From a candidate division TA06 bacterium B3_TA06 (GTDB taxonomy: Bacteria > Hydrothermota > Tepidihabitantia > B3-TA06), in the NCBI GenBank assembly GCA_005223075.1, contig NJBO01000002.1, forward strand, positions 1,836 to 65,835: a DNA stretch of 64,000 nt, read 5' to 3'. Shown in pieces: positions 1-9,443 of this stretch (within the stretch, counting starts at the first letter, position 1; each line of letters begins with the position of its first letter). The translations under genes and the position numbers were made by a program. The notes below the pieces were generated by a model. The model did not search any database, had not been told where the DNA came from, and was given only the letters and a program-made list of their open reading frames with translations.

Positions 1-728
1 ATGGAGAAGAAGCTGGTGCGTTCGGCACCTCCGTTCAGCAAACCCCTGATGGCGGATACATAATCGCTGGGTTTAAGGCAATCCCCGAGCCGCCTGATCA
101 CTGGGTGAAGTATGATTTTTGGCTCCTCAAGACGGATGAGAATGGAGATACTTTGTGGACACGCATCTACGACTGGGAAGAATCGGATCAAGCCCAAAGC
201 CTTGATCAAACAATGGACGGAGGATACATCATTGTCGGGTGGAAAGGTAACGCATCACCAACTGGTCTTGCCTATATGTGGTTGGCTAAAACCGACGAAG
301 CAGGCGATACCCTTTGGACGCGCACCTTTGGGGAGCGCAATGGTTCAGGTCAATGCGTTCATCAGACCCTTGACGGTGGCTACATCATCACCGGGGTGCT
401 GGATGGGAATCTTTGCCTGATCAAGACCGACTCTCTGGGCGATACCACCGAGGTCCCTACGGTTTCCGAGAGCCTACCTCTTGAAACTGAGACCAACTGG
501 CATATCGTTTCCTCCATTGGCCGCAGCATCGTTCTTCAATACAAAGACCTGCCCCAAGGCTTCCACGCATCAGTATTCGACGCCACAGGCCGCAGGGTGG
601 ATGAGATACACTCAGGCCAAGCGTCCGGGATCATCGCCTGGGGCGGAGGATACGAGCCTGGTGTTTACTTCATCAAGGCGATTTCAGATAATCCAAGCAC
701 GACTCGAAAGGTAATTCTAATCCAGTAA
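1..728 (+). CDS. 5'-truncated secreted beta-propeller repeat protein with C-terminal T9SS-type sorting domain. The frame is open from position 3, so the window begins inside the gene.
   Basis: Frame 3 is open from nt 3. It carries repeated 'DGGYII.G...KTDE.GDTLWTR' blades. The C-terminal ~75 aa (HIVSSIGRSIVLQYKDLPQGFHAS.FDATGRRVDEI...GVYFIKA...KVILIQ) match the Por/T9SS CTD pattern seen in the other cargo genes here. Confidence 0.7.
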   Translation, partial: GEEAGAFGTSVQQTPDGGYIIAGFKAIPEPPDHWVKYDFWLLKTDENGDTLWTRIYDWEESDQAQSLDQTMDGGYIIVGWKGNASPTGLAYMWLAKTDEAGDTLWTRTFGERNGSGQCVHQTLDGGYIITGVLDGNLCLIKTDSLGDTTEVPTVSESLPLETETNWHIVSSIGRSIVLQYKDLPQGFHASVFDATGRRVDEIHSGQASGIIAWGGGYEPGVYFIKAISDNPSTTRKVILIQ

Positions 729-894
729 TAGGCGGGCCGACCTGAGGCGAAACGCGCGGTCAAGATCGCGAACGTCGGTCCCTACAGTTTCACTCTGCGA
801 TCTTTTACCCTAAAGGGCACAAGTGTCCGAAGGAGAAAAGAAGCATTTAACGGGGCGCTCACAGGGGACGTCATGGAAAGGTAGAATAGGAGGA

Positions 895-2436
895 ATGATG
901 AAAAGACTATCCGTGATTTTAACTCTCACGGCTGCGATGCTAGGTTTTATTCCTTCACACCTGGCCGCAGCAGACGATGTAGTAGATACCCTGGGGTTCA
1001 TAGTGAAGACTCAAAACGCTGAAGCGCTAGAGGTGCTTGTTGAGGATAAAGGGCTGGAAATCGGCCCGCTGATTACGTATCCGAACCCTTCAGATGAAGT
1101 TCTTGAGGTGTTCGGGTGCTACTTCATCGTGACCATCCCCCAGGAATTACACTCGATTCAGAACAGCATCGTTGATGAGCTTGAAACCCTGCCAGGGGTT
1201 GAGTACGTGGAGCCGAACCTAAGTATACCGGTTGAACTTCATGTTGAGCAAGGAACTATGCAAGAGTCCTTTCAAAACCCATTCAACATGCCAGACACGT
1301 TCGACGACCCTTACACACCGAACGATCCTATGTTCCCGAACCAATACGGCCCACAGATTACCAAGGTAGATTGGGCGTGGAACCTCTCAACCGGCGAGGG
1401 TGTGAAGATAGCCATACTTGATGCCGGTTTCGATGTACATCATGAAGACTTGATTGATAACTTGGATCTAGAGAACGCTTACGACTTTACAGACGACGAT
1501 ACTATCGTTGATGGATTGCAACATGGAACTTGGGTTACAGGAATTGCAGGAGCAAAAATAGACAACGGTATCGGAATAGCCGGTGTTGCAGGTAACTCTT
1601 CTATTCTGCCTTTGCGTGTTATAGGGGGTAGCGGACAGTTGCATCCTTACCTTGTAAAAGCAATTATCTATGCGGCGGATAAAGAGGCAAGGGTGATTAG
1701 TATGAGTATAGGAACCATCGTCCCTTCCCAGACGACCGAGGATGCAATAGATTACGTCTGGGAGCGAGGGGTATTCGTATGTGCCAGCGCCGGCAACTCA
1801 AACAAAGATGAGCTTCCGTATCCCGCGAGCTACGGACACGTAATGTCGGTTGGAGGCACGGATTCGGAAGATGAAAGATGGGATGATGGTGATCATGGTT
1901 CAAATTTCGGATCAAACGTTGATGTCTATGCTCCGGCAGACTCGATCTTTACAACCGATCTGGACGATAGCTATGGATATCCATCATTCCCTTCCGGTAC
2001 TTCCTTTTCAGCTCCTCACGTTGCGGGTTTAGCTGCCTTGATATGGGACGTACATCCTGATTGGACAAACCAGCAGGTCTGGGACAAGATAATTGAAAGT
2101 GCAGACACCATAACCATTGACAAGGGCAAGGTACTGCGCATGAACGCCTGCAAAGCGCTGGATATAGTTCCCGGAATCACCGAACACCCAGTGGCAGAAA
2201 CGGCGGAATGGAAGGTACTCTCCTCGATTGGTCAGCGGATCGTCCTCAAGTACCATGATCTCCCTCAAGGTTTCCACGCCTCAATCTTCGACGCCACAGG
2301 ACGTAAGGTTGACGAGATAGAATCCCCGGCTCAAAAAGGGGTTTTGACTTGGGGAGAAAATCACAGCCCTGGCGTTTACTTCATTGTGCTTGGCGACAAA
2401 GAGGTGTCAGTCCAAAAGGTTATCCTGATAGAGTAA
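895..2436 (+). CDS. S8 subtilisin-family serine protease, secreted, with C-terminal T9SS sorting domain
   Basis: Catalytic triad motifs AILDAGFD (Asp), HGTWVTGIAGA (His) and GTSFSAPHVAGLAAL (Ser). A signal peptide MMKRLSVILTLTAAMLGF follows the AGGAGG ribosome-binding site at 888-893. The C-terminal tail ...GRKVDEIESP...GVYFIVLG...KVILIE is a T9SS-type CTD. Confidence 0.9.
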   Translation: MMKRLSVILTLTAAMLGFIPSHLAAADDVVDTLGFIVKTQNAEALEVLVEDKGLEIGPLITYPNPSDEVLEVFGCYFIVTIPQELHSIQNSIVDELETLPGVEYVEPNLSIPVELHVEQGTMQESFQNPFNMPDTFDDPYTPNDPMFPNQYGPQITKVDWAWNLSTGEGVKIAILDAGFDVHHEDLIDNLDLENAYDFTDDDTIVDGLQHGTWVTGIAGAKIDNGIGIAGVAGNSSILPLRVIGGSGQLHPYLVKAIIYAADKEARVISMSIGTIVPSQTTEDAIDYVWERGVFVCASAGNSNKDELPYPASYGHVMSVGGTDSEDERWDDGDHGSNFGSNVDVYAPADSIFTTDLDDSYGYPSFPSGTSFSAPHVAGLAALIWDVHPDWTNQQVWDKIIESADTITIDKGKVLRMNACKALDIVPGITEHPVAETAEWKVLSSIGQRIVLKYHDLPQGFHASIFDATGRKVDEIESPAQKGVLTWGENHSPGVYFIVLGDKEVSVQKVILIE

Positions 2437-2649
2437 GAGATCAGCGAGCTGTGACAAAAGGGCAGGGGTATCCTTGAGAATCCAGGCACGGGAGTAATTC
2501 CAGGTGTTAAAATATCATTATATTCCCGGAGACAAAAACTGTGAATCAGGATGCCTTAACGGTCTTGGACAGTCTGCATTATACTCTTAATACCCTTGAC
2601 AGAATCTTTTATTGGACTATAATCCGTTACCAACCAAGGAGGAAGAATC

Positions 2650-3324
2650 GTGAAAAAATATCTTATCGCTCTAGCCCTTTTAATCCCCGTAATAGCCATG
2701 GCTGGCGAACTCAACATGGCTGTAACCGACGATTTCGTCAACTCGGTCAAGGCGGTTGAGGAGAATGTTGAGGAAGCCGGAGAGTTGTTGGACAACGCAG
2801 AGGAAACCTTCTACACCCTTGTCGACTTAATAGTAGAACTTCCCGAAATCAGCACTCCTAAAGAAGAAGTAATGGCGGTACTCGATAGCGCCACAAAGAA
2901 AAAGGACATAAAAGCCGCTGAGGAGCTTTACGAGAAGTACCTGGCGGAAACTGCGGCACGTGAAGAAGCATTCCTGGAACTGTGGAACAACAGCGAAACC
3001 AAACAAGGGATCGTAACCTACTTCAACAATCGCAAGGAGATAGCTCTTTCCATCAAGGAAGACGCACAGAAAGCCCTTGAGATAGATATACAGGCCTTCA
3101 AGGACCTCGCTGATCTACCAGAGAAATTCAAGGCTGCCTCAGAGGATATCGCCAACCAGGTCAAAGCAGATCCCACGGCCGCCTTTTCGGCCAAAAAGGT
3201 ACTCTCTGCGATAAAAGAAGCCAATGAATCCCTCAAAGCCACCAAGGAAAAGGCTACGCAACAGAAGGAAACCGCTGGGAAACTTCTGAACTGGCTGAAG
3301 GACCTGGTGAAGACGGAAGAATAG
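2650..3324 (+). CDS. secreted alpha-helical hypothetical protein (signal peptide plus coiled-coil)
   Basis: GTG start with an AGGAGG ribosome-binding site. Signal peptide MKKYLIALALLIPVIAMAG. The sequence is E/K/A-rich and helical, and a rho-independent terminator follows. Confidence 0.65.
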   Translation: MKKYLIALALLIPVIAMAGELNMAVTDDFVNSVKAVEENVEEAGELLDNAEETFYTLVDLIVELPEISTPKEEVMAVLDSATKKKDIKAAEELYEKYLAETAAREEAFLELWNNSETKQGIVTYFNNRKEIALSIKEDAQKALEIDIQAFKDLADLPEKFKAASEDIANQVKADPTAAFSAKKVLSAIKEANESLKATKEKATQQKETAGKLLNWLKDLVKTEE

Positions 3325-3350
3325 GGCCTTATCCGTTGAGAAAATCGAAA

Positions 3351-3380
3351 AGAGCGGGACTTTGGTCCCGCTTCTTCTTT
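3351..3380. terminator. rho-independent terminator (GCGGGAC-TTTG-GTCCCGC plus T-rich tail) between convergent genes
   Basis: Perfect 7-8 bp GC stem followed by TTCTTCTTT. It sits just downstream of the 2650..3324 stop. Confidence 0.6.
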
Positions 3381-3433
3381 AAGGATCTCATTTAAGATCA
3401 CCCCGCAGGGGGGCTATTGCTTGTTTCTAGGGT

Positions 3434-4765
3434 TTATGCGATCAAACCGCGCTCGCGCAGAAGCTTTGCAACCACCGCCTCAAGCTCGGGCAGCACCGCA
3501 TCGTCGAGATCGTAGTAGACCCGGGTTGAAGGCTTGGCGATCTCAATCACCTTCCGCAGATCAATCGGCGTACCGATAACCACCGTATCAGCAGGGACGG
3601 CGTCTATTGATGCCTTCATGTCATGAAGCTGTTCAGGACCGTAACCCAGGGCAGGCAGCAAGGGTGCTGTCTGGTTGTAGCGCTCAATCGTTTCCTTAAT
3701 CCGCCCCTTCGCGTAAGGGATGGGATCAACGATCTCAGCCGCCCCGAACTTCTTGGCGGCAATTGTTCCCGCACCTATCTTCATGCCGCCGTGGGTGAGC
3801 GTGGGGCCGTCCTCTACCACCACAACCCTCTTGCCGCGGATGAGACTCTCGTCCTCAACCTTAACCGGCGAGGCGGACCTGATGATTCTGGCCTTGGGGT
3901 TCAGGCGATTTGCCGCCTCTTCCACTTCCGCAATCTGTTCTGGTGTGGCGGAACCGATCTTGTTTATCAAAATCATATCAGCCATGCGGAAGTTCACCGC
4001 ACCCGGATAGTAGGTCTGCTCGTGACCGGCGCGCAAGGGATCGGCAAGCACGATGGCGAGATCAGGCCGATAGAAGGGGATGTCGTTGTTCCCGCCGTCC
4101 CAGATCACCAGCTGGAACTCCTTCTCGCACTCTGAAAGGATCGCGCCGTAGTCCACCCCAGCAAAAACGGTGCTGCCTGCCCGGATGTGCGGCTCGTACT
4201 CCTCGCGCTCCTCTACGGTGCAGTTGTGGCGGTCCATGTCCTCAATTGTATCAAAGCGCTGCACCGCCTGAGCGGCCAGATCACCGTAAGGCATGGGATG
4301 GCGCACCGCAGCGTAGCGGATCTCGTACTTGACAAGGATTTTGGCGACCGCACGCGAGGTTTGGGACTTGCCCGCACCGGTGCGCACAGCACACACAGAG
4401 ATCACCGGAAGCTTGGATGAGAGCATGGTGCTTTTCGGACCCATAAGCCTGAAGTCTGCACCTGCGGCAAGTACTGTAGATGCTCTATCCATCACATACT
4501 CGTGACTTACGTCGGAATAGGCAAACACAACCTCGTCCACATCATACTTCTTGATTAAATCAACCAACCTCTCCTCCGCCTCTATTCCTATCCCTTCAGG
4601 GTAAAGCGAACCTGCTAAACTCGAAGGATAACGACGGCCCTCGATCTCGGGAATCTGGGTTGCGGTGAACGCCACAACCTCGTAGTTCTCGTTGTTTCTG
4701 TAGCATACATTAAAGTTATGAAAGTCGCGTCCCGCAGCACCCATTATGATAACACGTTTGCGCAT
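3434..4765 (-). CDS. P-loop NTPase family protein (COG2403-like predicted GTPase / cyclic 2,3-diphosphoglycerate-synthetase-like)
   Basis: N-terminal Rossmann-like segment (VIIMGAAGRDF...) followed by a Walker-A-like VRTGAGKSQTS. Length 443 aa. The family name is assigned from memory, not from a search. Confidence 0.55.
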   Translation of the reverse strand: MRKRVIIMGAAGRDFHNFNVCYRNNENYEVVAFTATQIPEIEGRRYPSSLAGSLYPEGIGIEAEERLVDLIKKYDVDEVVFAYSDVSHEYVMDRASTVLAAGADFRLMGPKSTMLSSKLPVISVCAVRTGAGKSQTSRAVAKILVKYEIRYAAVRHPMPYGDLAAQAVQRFDTIEDMDRHNCTVEEREEYEPHIRAGSTVFAGVDYGAILSECEKEFQLVIWDGGNNDIPFYRPDLAIVLADPLRAGHEQTYYPGAVNFRMADMILINKIGSATPEQIAEVEEAANRLNPKARIIRSASPVKVEDESLIRGKRVVVVEDGPTLTHGGMKIGAGTIAAKKFGAAEIVDPIPYAKGRIKETIERYNQTAPLLPALGYGPEQLHDMKASIDAVPADTVVIGTPIDLRKVIEIAKPSTRVYYDLDDAVLPELEAVVAKLLRERGLIA

Positions 4766-4942
4766 GAAAACTCCTTTTTGAAATTCCAGAGATTGCCTGC
4801 TCGGATTCCAAGCATACGGATTAGAACCTGTTTGTCAACTCCTTGAGGAATTGTGGCCGTTTTTCCATTTAAGGACTTGAAAAATTGCCAAAACCGAGTA
4901 AGATTGTTGCAAGGAGCAATTCAAAGCAAAGAGAGGTGGTAA

Positions 4943-6328
4943 ATGGTATTATCGAGCCTTATACTGACATTAGTAGCAGGTGCAGGAAGCGGAGTGAGTT
5001 TCCATACTCAACTGCAGTATACACCTGCCCTACTGACCAAGGGGGAGGATTATGATCGAGACCCTTCCATTGAGGCGGTGATCAATCCCTACGACGCATA
5101 CTACTTCTCTCACAGGGTTTCAGCTAAGGTCGGTCTGGAGGCTTTCGGCGGGTGGGAGCTGCGGGCAATCGGATGTATCTCGCAGTCTATCATACCTCAT
5201 GCGTTTCATGTCGCGAGCTTTGACGATGGAACATACCCGCGGATTCCATACACGCTCTGGAGTTCCCGTGAGGTAAGCGTGGGCGGCGAGCTGGGACACG
5301 CCGTGCGATTCCGTAACGGAAAGGGGGATATTTACCTCGGCCTGGAGAGGGTTTGGACTGAGGTGCACGGCGAAGGGGTATTCTACCTGGATACAATAGT
5401 GGATACCTTCCCGATGTTTACCCACGGCAGCGGCATTCAAGGCCATATAGGCGTAAAGATCCCTCTGGTGACATTTGGTTGCTTTGCTCTTGGGATGAAT
5501 GCCCTGTTAATGGGAGGCAACATCCCTCAGATACCGGACAGCATCCCGGAAGGCTCGGTGTGGACAGGTGCTCACGGCCTTCCCAGGTGGGGATTCGGTG
5601 TGGGCTTAAGCCTTGGTTATGATTCCCGCAAGAATTTGGATTACCTGCCCGATTTAAGATTGAGACCTCATCTCAAGGACTCTTCTCGCCTGGTCCTGAA
5701 ACCGGCAAAGAGATGCTTTCTGCCTCCATGGATCATTCAGGGTGCTGCTTCCTGGGGCTGCGGGTTGGTGGGCGGCTCTCTGGCCAGCCTGGCTTCCCTG
5801 GCCTGGGGAGGAAACGGCATGGGGCTTGGGCTTAATATCTTCTCCTTGTGGACGGGCGACTATCCAGGCCAAAGGATCTCTGTTGCCGCCTGGAGCTACC
5901 TGGGGGTTCCTTGCGGGGCCATGCTGGGAACGGCCCTTGCCAGCAGAAGGGTTAAGCCGGGCGGCGACTGGCGGTGCGTTGCATTAGGAGCTCTAGCAGG
6001 TGACGTTCTCAGCTTTTCCATCGCCCAGGCCTATCTTCTTATCGCCGGCCCCCCTTGGCGCTACAGCCCTGAGGGAGCCCCTCCTCCCACAGGAAGAGGT
6101 AGTTCGACTTTCTACGGGGTGGTCTTGCCTTTGTGTTCTACCCTTCCGGCGATAGGCGCGGTTGTGGGTTATAACCTGAGTGTTCCCAAGGTCGAATCGC
6201 TGGAAGAAGACATGGGTTACCGACCCTCCTGGACCGAGCATTCAAGGGAGAGTTTTGTAAGTGAGTGGAATTCTTCACCTAGCAGCGAACCAACAATGAG
6301 GCTTACTTTACTGAGAGTGAGCTTCTAA
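4943..6328 (+). CDS. hypothetical Gly/Trp-rich putative outer-membrane protein
   Basis: GAGGTG ribosome-binding site 4 nt before the ATG. Hydrophobic N-terminus, many amphipathic beta-like segments, and a C-terminal ...LLRVSF ending in Phe (OMP-like). I cannot assign a family. The antisense ORFs overlapping it look spurious. Confidence 0.5.
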   Translation: MVLSSLILTLVAGAGSGVSFHTQLQYTPALLTKGEDYDRDPSIEAVINPYDAYYFSHRVSAKVGLEAFGGWELRAIGCISQSIIPHAFHVASFDDGTYPRIPYTLWSSREVSVGGELGHAVRFRNGKGDIYLGLERVWTEVHGEGVFYLDTIVDTFPMFTHGSGIQGHIGVKIPLVTFGCFALGMNALLMGGNIPQIPDSIPEGSVWTGAHGLPRWGFGVGLSLGYDSRKNLDYLPDLRLRPHLKDSSRLVLKPAKRCFLPPWIIQGAASWGCGLVGGSLASLASLAWGGNGMGLGLNIFSLWTGDYPGQRISVAAWSYLGVPCGAMLGTALASRRVKPGGDWRCVALGALAGDVLSFSIAQAYLLIAGPPWRYSPEGAPPPTGRGSSTFYGVVLPLCSTLPAIGAVVGYNLSVPKVESLEEDMGYRPSWTEHSRESFVSEWNSSPSSEPTMRLTLLRVSF

Positions 6329-6381
6329 AAACCATCAAAAGTAAGGGGGAAGTGATGCTCACAAAAGGGTGCATCTTGGGT

Positions 6382-6409
6382 TTGACAAGCTGTCAAAAAT
6401 GTGTAGATT
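6382..6409 (+). promoter_or_regulatory. sigma70-like promoter TTGACA-N16-TAGATT upstream of the TolB-like gene
   Basis: Match to the -35/-10 consensus with 16-nt spacing. It lies about 200 nt upstream of the start, so the assignment is tentative. Confidence 0.35.
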
Positions 6410-6618
6410 GTCATAAAGGGACATGACATGAATAGAAAGGTGTATATAGGAAGAGGTCCTCACACTCCCCGTTGTGATCTTTTAGTAGGATATACGTATA
6501 GGTGTATCGTGTTGGTGGGCAGTCCTTTGATAAAGAGTTTAACCCTAACCTGGAGGTGAACGGAACCTAAAACTGCAACTAAAAACCAATGTATAAACAA
6601 GCATGGAGGAGAAACAAA

Positions 6619-7803
6619 ATGTTTAGGAATAAACACCTCACAATCCTGAAGGCGCTTTGCGCCTTCCTCGTGCTCACTTTTTTCGTACCCGCGACACTTT
6701 ATGCCGCCGAAGGCGAGACCTGGATCGTCTTCGAGTGCAACCGACCCAACCCAGATGCGGAAGGCCGCACCTACTGGGATATCTGGAAGCTAGATCCGGA
6801 TGGAGATGGTTTACAATCAGACGATGGTCTCTTTGGTTTTGCATTAACTAATGACCCTAGCAACGAGTGGGATCCCACCTACTCGGTTGAGAATCAGACA
6901 GTGGTCTTCGTTTCTGATAGGAACGGCTGGCCCCATCTTTACAAGGTCAGCATAGACGGTGGATACTGGGAGGGATTTCTATTCGGGCAGTACTGCGCCG
7001 TTGACCCATGTTACAGCTTTGACGGCACCAGGATAGCCTACGCCTCCAACCAGAACGGTAACTGGGATATATACACAATGGATACGGACGGATACAATAA
7101 AACGCAGATTACCACAGACGCGGCGGATGACCGCAGCCCGTGTTTTTCCACTAATGGAAACAAGATATACTTCATCAGCAACCGGGATGCAGGGGCTATA
7201 GGCGACTGGGAGATATACGTGGTGAACAGCAGCGGGGGCACCGCAACCAAGGCGATAGTGAATGCTCAGGGCCAGCCGTTGCTTCTGGATTACACCGAAC
7301 ACGATCCCTGCTGCAGCCCTAATGATCCTGACATCATCGTCTTTGCCACTAACAAAGCCACGACAACTTACACTGAACCGGTGAACCGCATCAACTTCGA
7401 GTTGTTTAAGTATTCAATTTCCGGCAAAACTTTGATCCGCCTCACGGAAAGTTGGAATGATCCGGCTGGAGTATCAAAACAACTTTGGAACAGCTCTATG
7501 CCGTGCTTTTCGCCTGACGGCCAGCGCATCGCCTGGTCGGCTGATAACTGGACGAGACAAGGGTGGCAAGGTAATCTTCCTGAAAACCGTCCTTATAACA
7601 ACAGTTTCTGGAAACCTGATTTTGACCAAGGTTCTATTCACCAGATCTGGACATGCGAACTCGATCATATAAATAATGACCATTACTACTTTCCACCTTC
7701 ATTTTGGGGGTGGGAAAACGGACCTGTCGGCGTTGGATATGGTGATCATAAAGGTCATCAGCACCACAAGCACTACAACCCTTCTTGGGATAACCAACCA
7801 TAG
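6619..7803 (+). CDS. TolB-like PD40/WD40-like beta-propeller periplasmic protein with Trp/His-rich C-terminal tail
   Basis: GGAGGA ribosome-binding site and signal peptide (LTILKALCAFLVLTFFVPATLYA). Repeated TolB-type blades (SPDG.RIA..S.R.G, WDIY). The C-terminus is ...HQHHKHYNPSWDNQP. Confidence 0.8.
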   Translation: MFRNKHLTILKALCAFLVLTFFVPATLYAAEGETWIVFECNRPNPDAEGRTYWDIWKLDPDGDGLQSDDGLFGFALTNDPSNEWDPTYSVENQTVVFVSDRNGWPHLYKVSIDGGYWEGFLFGQYCAVDPCYSFDGTRIAYASNQNGNWDIYTMDTDGYNKTQITTDAADDRSPCFSTNGNKIYFISNRDAGAIGDWEIYVVNSSGGTATKAIVNAQGQPLLLDYTEHDPCCSPNDPDIIVFATNKATTTYTEPVNRINFELFKYSISGKTLIRLTESWNDPAGVSKQLWNSSMPCFSPDGQRIAWSADNWTRQGWQGNLPENRPYNNSFWKPDFDQGSIHQIWTCELDHINNDHYYFPPSFWGWENGPVGVGYGDHKGHQHHKHYNPSWDNQP

Positions 7804-7811
7804 GAGAAGAG

Positions 7812-9101
7812 ATGGTCAAACGTTTATTCTCATATCTTGCTCTGCTTGCAGTTTCATTAACTCCCTCAATTAGTTATGCTTCTTGGGAAATTCTTGACTT
7901 ACCTACCGACCGGGGTTTCGGCGCTATCTGGGCAATAGACGAGCAAACCATCTTTGTTTCGGGACATCAAGGACTCTGGAAGGCATTCGACGGCGCAACT
8001 TGGTCAATAGATAGCGGTTACCAGTCAAACATGATCTATTTTGTTGATGATACCTTGGGGTTCCTTAGTGGTAAGACCCTTACAACTGATGGCGGCAGAA
8101 CATGGCAGAAAGGTGATACAGTTAATGGTCATGGAATCCAACAAATCTTTTTCCCACCGGGGCAAAGTTCTTTGGGGTACGGTGTCCCTTACTTAGGGAA
8201 TATCCGGAAAACTGAAGATGGCGGCTGGCATTGGGAAGTCTTACCTACTTTTCCCGACATTTTTCCCACCAGCGATGAAGAAGTTCATACGTCACACATT
8301 TGTTTTCCAAGTGATCCCGATACCGGCTATTTAACCGCCGAGATATGGCAGATCATTTCTCTTGATCCATTTGAAGCAGAAACGTACCACAGCTACTTCA
8401 AAACCACGGACGGCGGGCAGAGCTGGGTTTTGAGCGGGGAAGGGCTTTGGAACGACGAATTCAAACCTTATCTCGTTGACTTTCCACAGAACCCAAGCAC
8501 AGGCTATATGGCTGGCTATGGTAAAGTATTCAAGACCACCGACGGCGGTGAAACCTGGGATACGATTTTCATAACCTCTGAAAGTTACCCTAACATCTAC
8601 GACATCTGCTTTCCTGAAACTGACCAGGTAGGCTATGTTCTGAACGACACGATGGTTCACAAAACCACTGATGGAGGTAAGGCCTGGCGAACGTTCGGGC
8701 TGGGCAAGGACACCGTTTTCCTGCGTTGTCATTTTCTCAACAACTTGGTAGGCTTCATCTCAGGCACCGGCACCACCGCCTACAATCTCCTTTACACCCC
8801 CGGCTTCGTCCTCAAGACCACCGATGGGCTTTTAGGGATAGCGGAAGAGGATTGGGTTGAGGTTGAACCTTCGGACATCAAGGTTATTTCCTCAATCGGT
8901 CACTCGATCGTCCTGTGTTACTCCAACTGTCCCCAGGGCTTCCACGCTTCCATCTACGACCCCTGTGGCCGCAAGGTTGACGAGTTGCACTCAAGTCTGA
9001 CTGAGGGCACCCTCACCTGGGGGGAAGGTGCGCCTTCCGGGGTTTACTTCATCCAGGCCAGTAGTGGCAATCCTGCTGTTCGAGTAGTAATCGTGCGATA
9101 G
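7812..9101 (+). CDS. BNR/Asp-box (Ycf48-like) beta-propeller protein with T9SS CTD
   Basis: Repeated K/TTDGG.(T/S)W motifs. Signal peptide present. The C-terminus ...VISSIGHSIVLCYSNCPQGFHASIYDPCGRKVDELHSS...GVYFIQ...VVIVR is a T9SS-type CTD. Confidence 0.8.
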   Translation: MVKRLFSYLALLAVSLTPSISYASWEILDLPTDRGFGAIWAIDEQTIFVSGHQGLWKAFDGATWSIDSGYQSNMIYFVDDTLGFLSGKTLTTDGGRTWQKGDTVNGHGIQQIFFPPGQSSLGYGVPYLGNIRKTEDGGWHWEVLPTFPDIFPTSDEEVHTSHICFPSDPDTGYLTAEIWQIISLDPFEAETYHSYFKTTDGGQSWVLSGEGLWNDEFKPYLVDFPQNPSTGYMAGYGKVFKTTDGGETWDTIFITSESYPNIYDICFPETDQVGYVLNDTMVHKTTDGGKAWRTFGLGKDTVFLRCHFLNNLVGFISGTGTTAYNLLYTPGFVLKTTDGLLGIAEEDWVEVEPSDIKVISSIGHSIVLCYSNCPQGFHASIYDPCGRKVDELHSSLTEGTLTWGEGAPSGVYFIQASSGNPAVRVVIVR

Positions 9102-9110
9102 GAGGAGGAT

Positions 9111-9437
9111 ATGCTTTGGAACAGTTCGATGCCGTGCTTTTCGCCTGACGGCCAGCGCATAGCATGGTCGGCTGATAACTGGACAAGACAAGGTTGGCAA
9201 TATGAGAAAAATCCCGATGGTTCCTATCCCAAGAGTTACTGGAAACCTGATGGGGGGCAAGGTTCTGTTCATCAAATCTGGACTCGAAGGCTGGACCAGC
9301 CTGATCACCACTATTGGTTCCCGCCTTCTTACTGGGGATGGAACGACGACGAACAGGAACCATGGCCTTGGGGGCCACCAGGGCCGGGCCATCAGCACCA
9401 CAAACATTACAACCCATCGTGGGATGAGCAGCCATAG
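9111..9437 (+). CDS. small Trp/His-rich protein, a duplicated copy of the C-terminal ~108 aa of the TolB-like protein (gene fragment or stand-alone domain)
   Basis: About 80% amino-acid identity to residues ~300-404 of 6619..7803 (LWNSSMPCFSPDGQRIAWSADNWTRQGWQ...HQHHKHYNPSWD.QP). It has its own GGAGGAGG ribosome-binding site and ATG. Confidence 0.6.
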   Translation: MLWNSSMPCFSPDGQRIAWSADNWTRQGWQYEKNPDGSYPKSYWKPDGGQGSVHQIWTRRLDQPDHHYWFPPSYWGWNDDEQEPWPWGPPGPGHQHHKHYNPSWDEQP

Positions 9438-9443
9438 GAGGAG

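Noticed and set aside
3910-4332. 140-aa Arg/Ser/Pro-rich ORF on the + strand
   Set aside because: It lies antisense inside the well-supported P-loop gene 3434..4765 and has no ribosome-binding site. It looks like a typical GC-rich antisense artefact.
5120-6241. Several 70-110-aa minus-strand ORFs (5120..5446, 5654..5872, 5993..6241) inside 4943..6328
   Set aside because: They overlap the longer + strand ORF, which has a ribosome-binding site. They have no start context and are probably frame artefacts of GC-rich sequence. The + ORF itself is only moderately supported.
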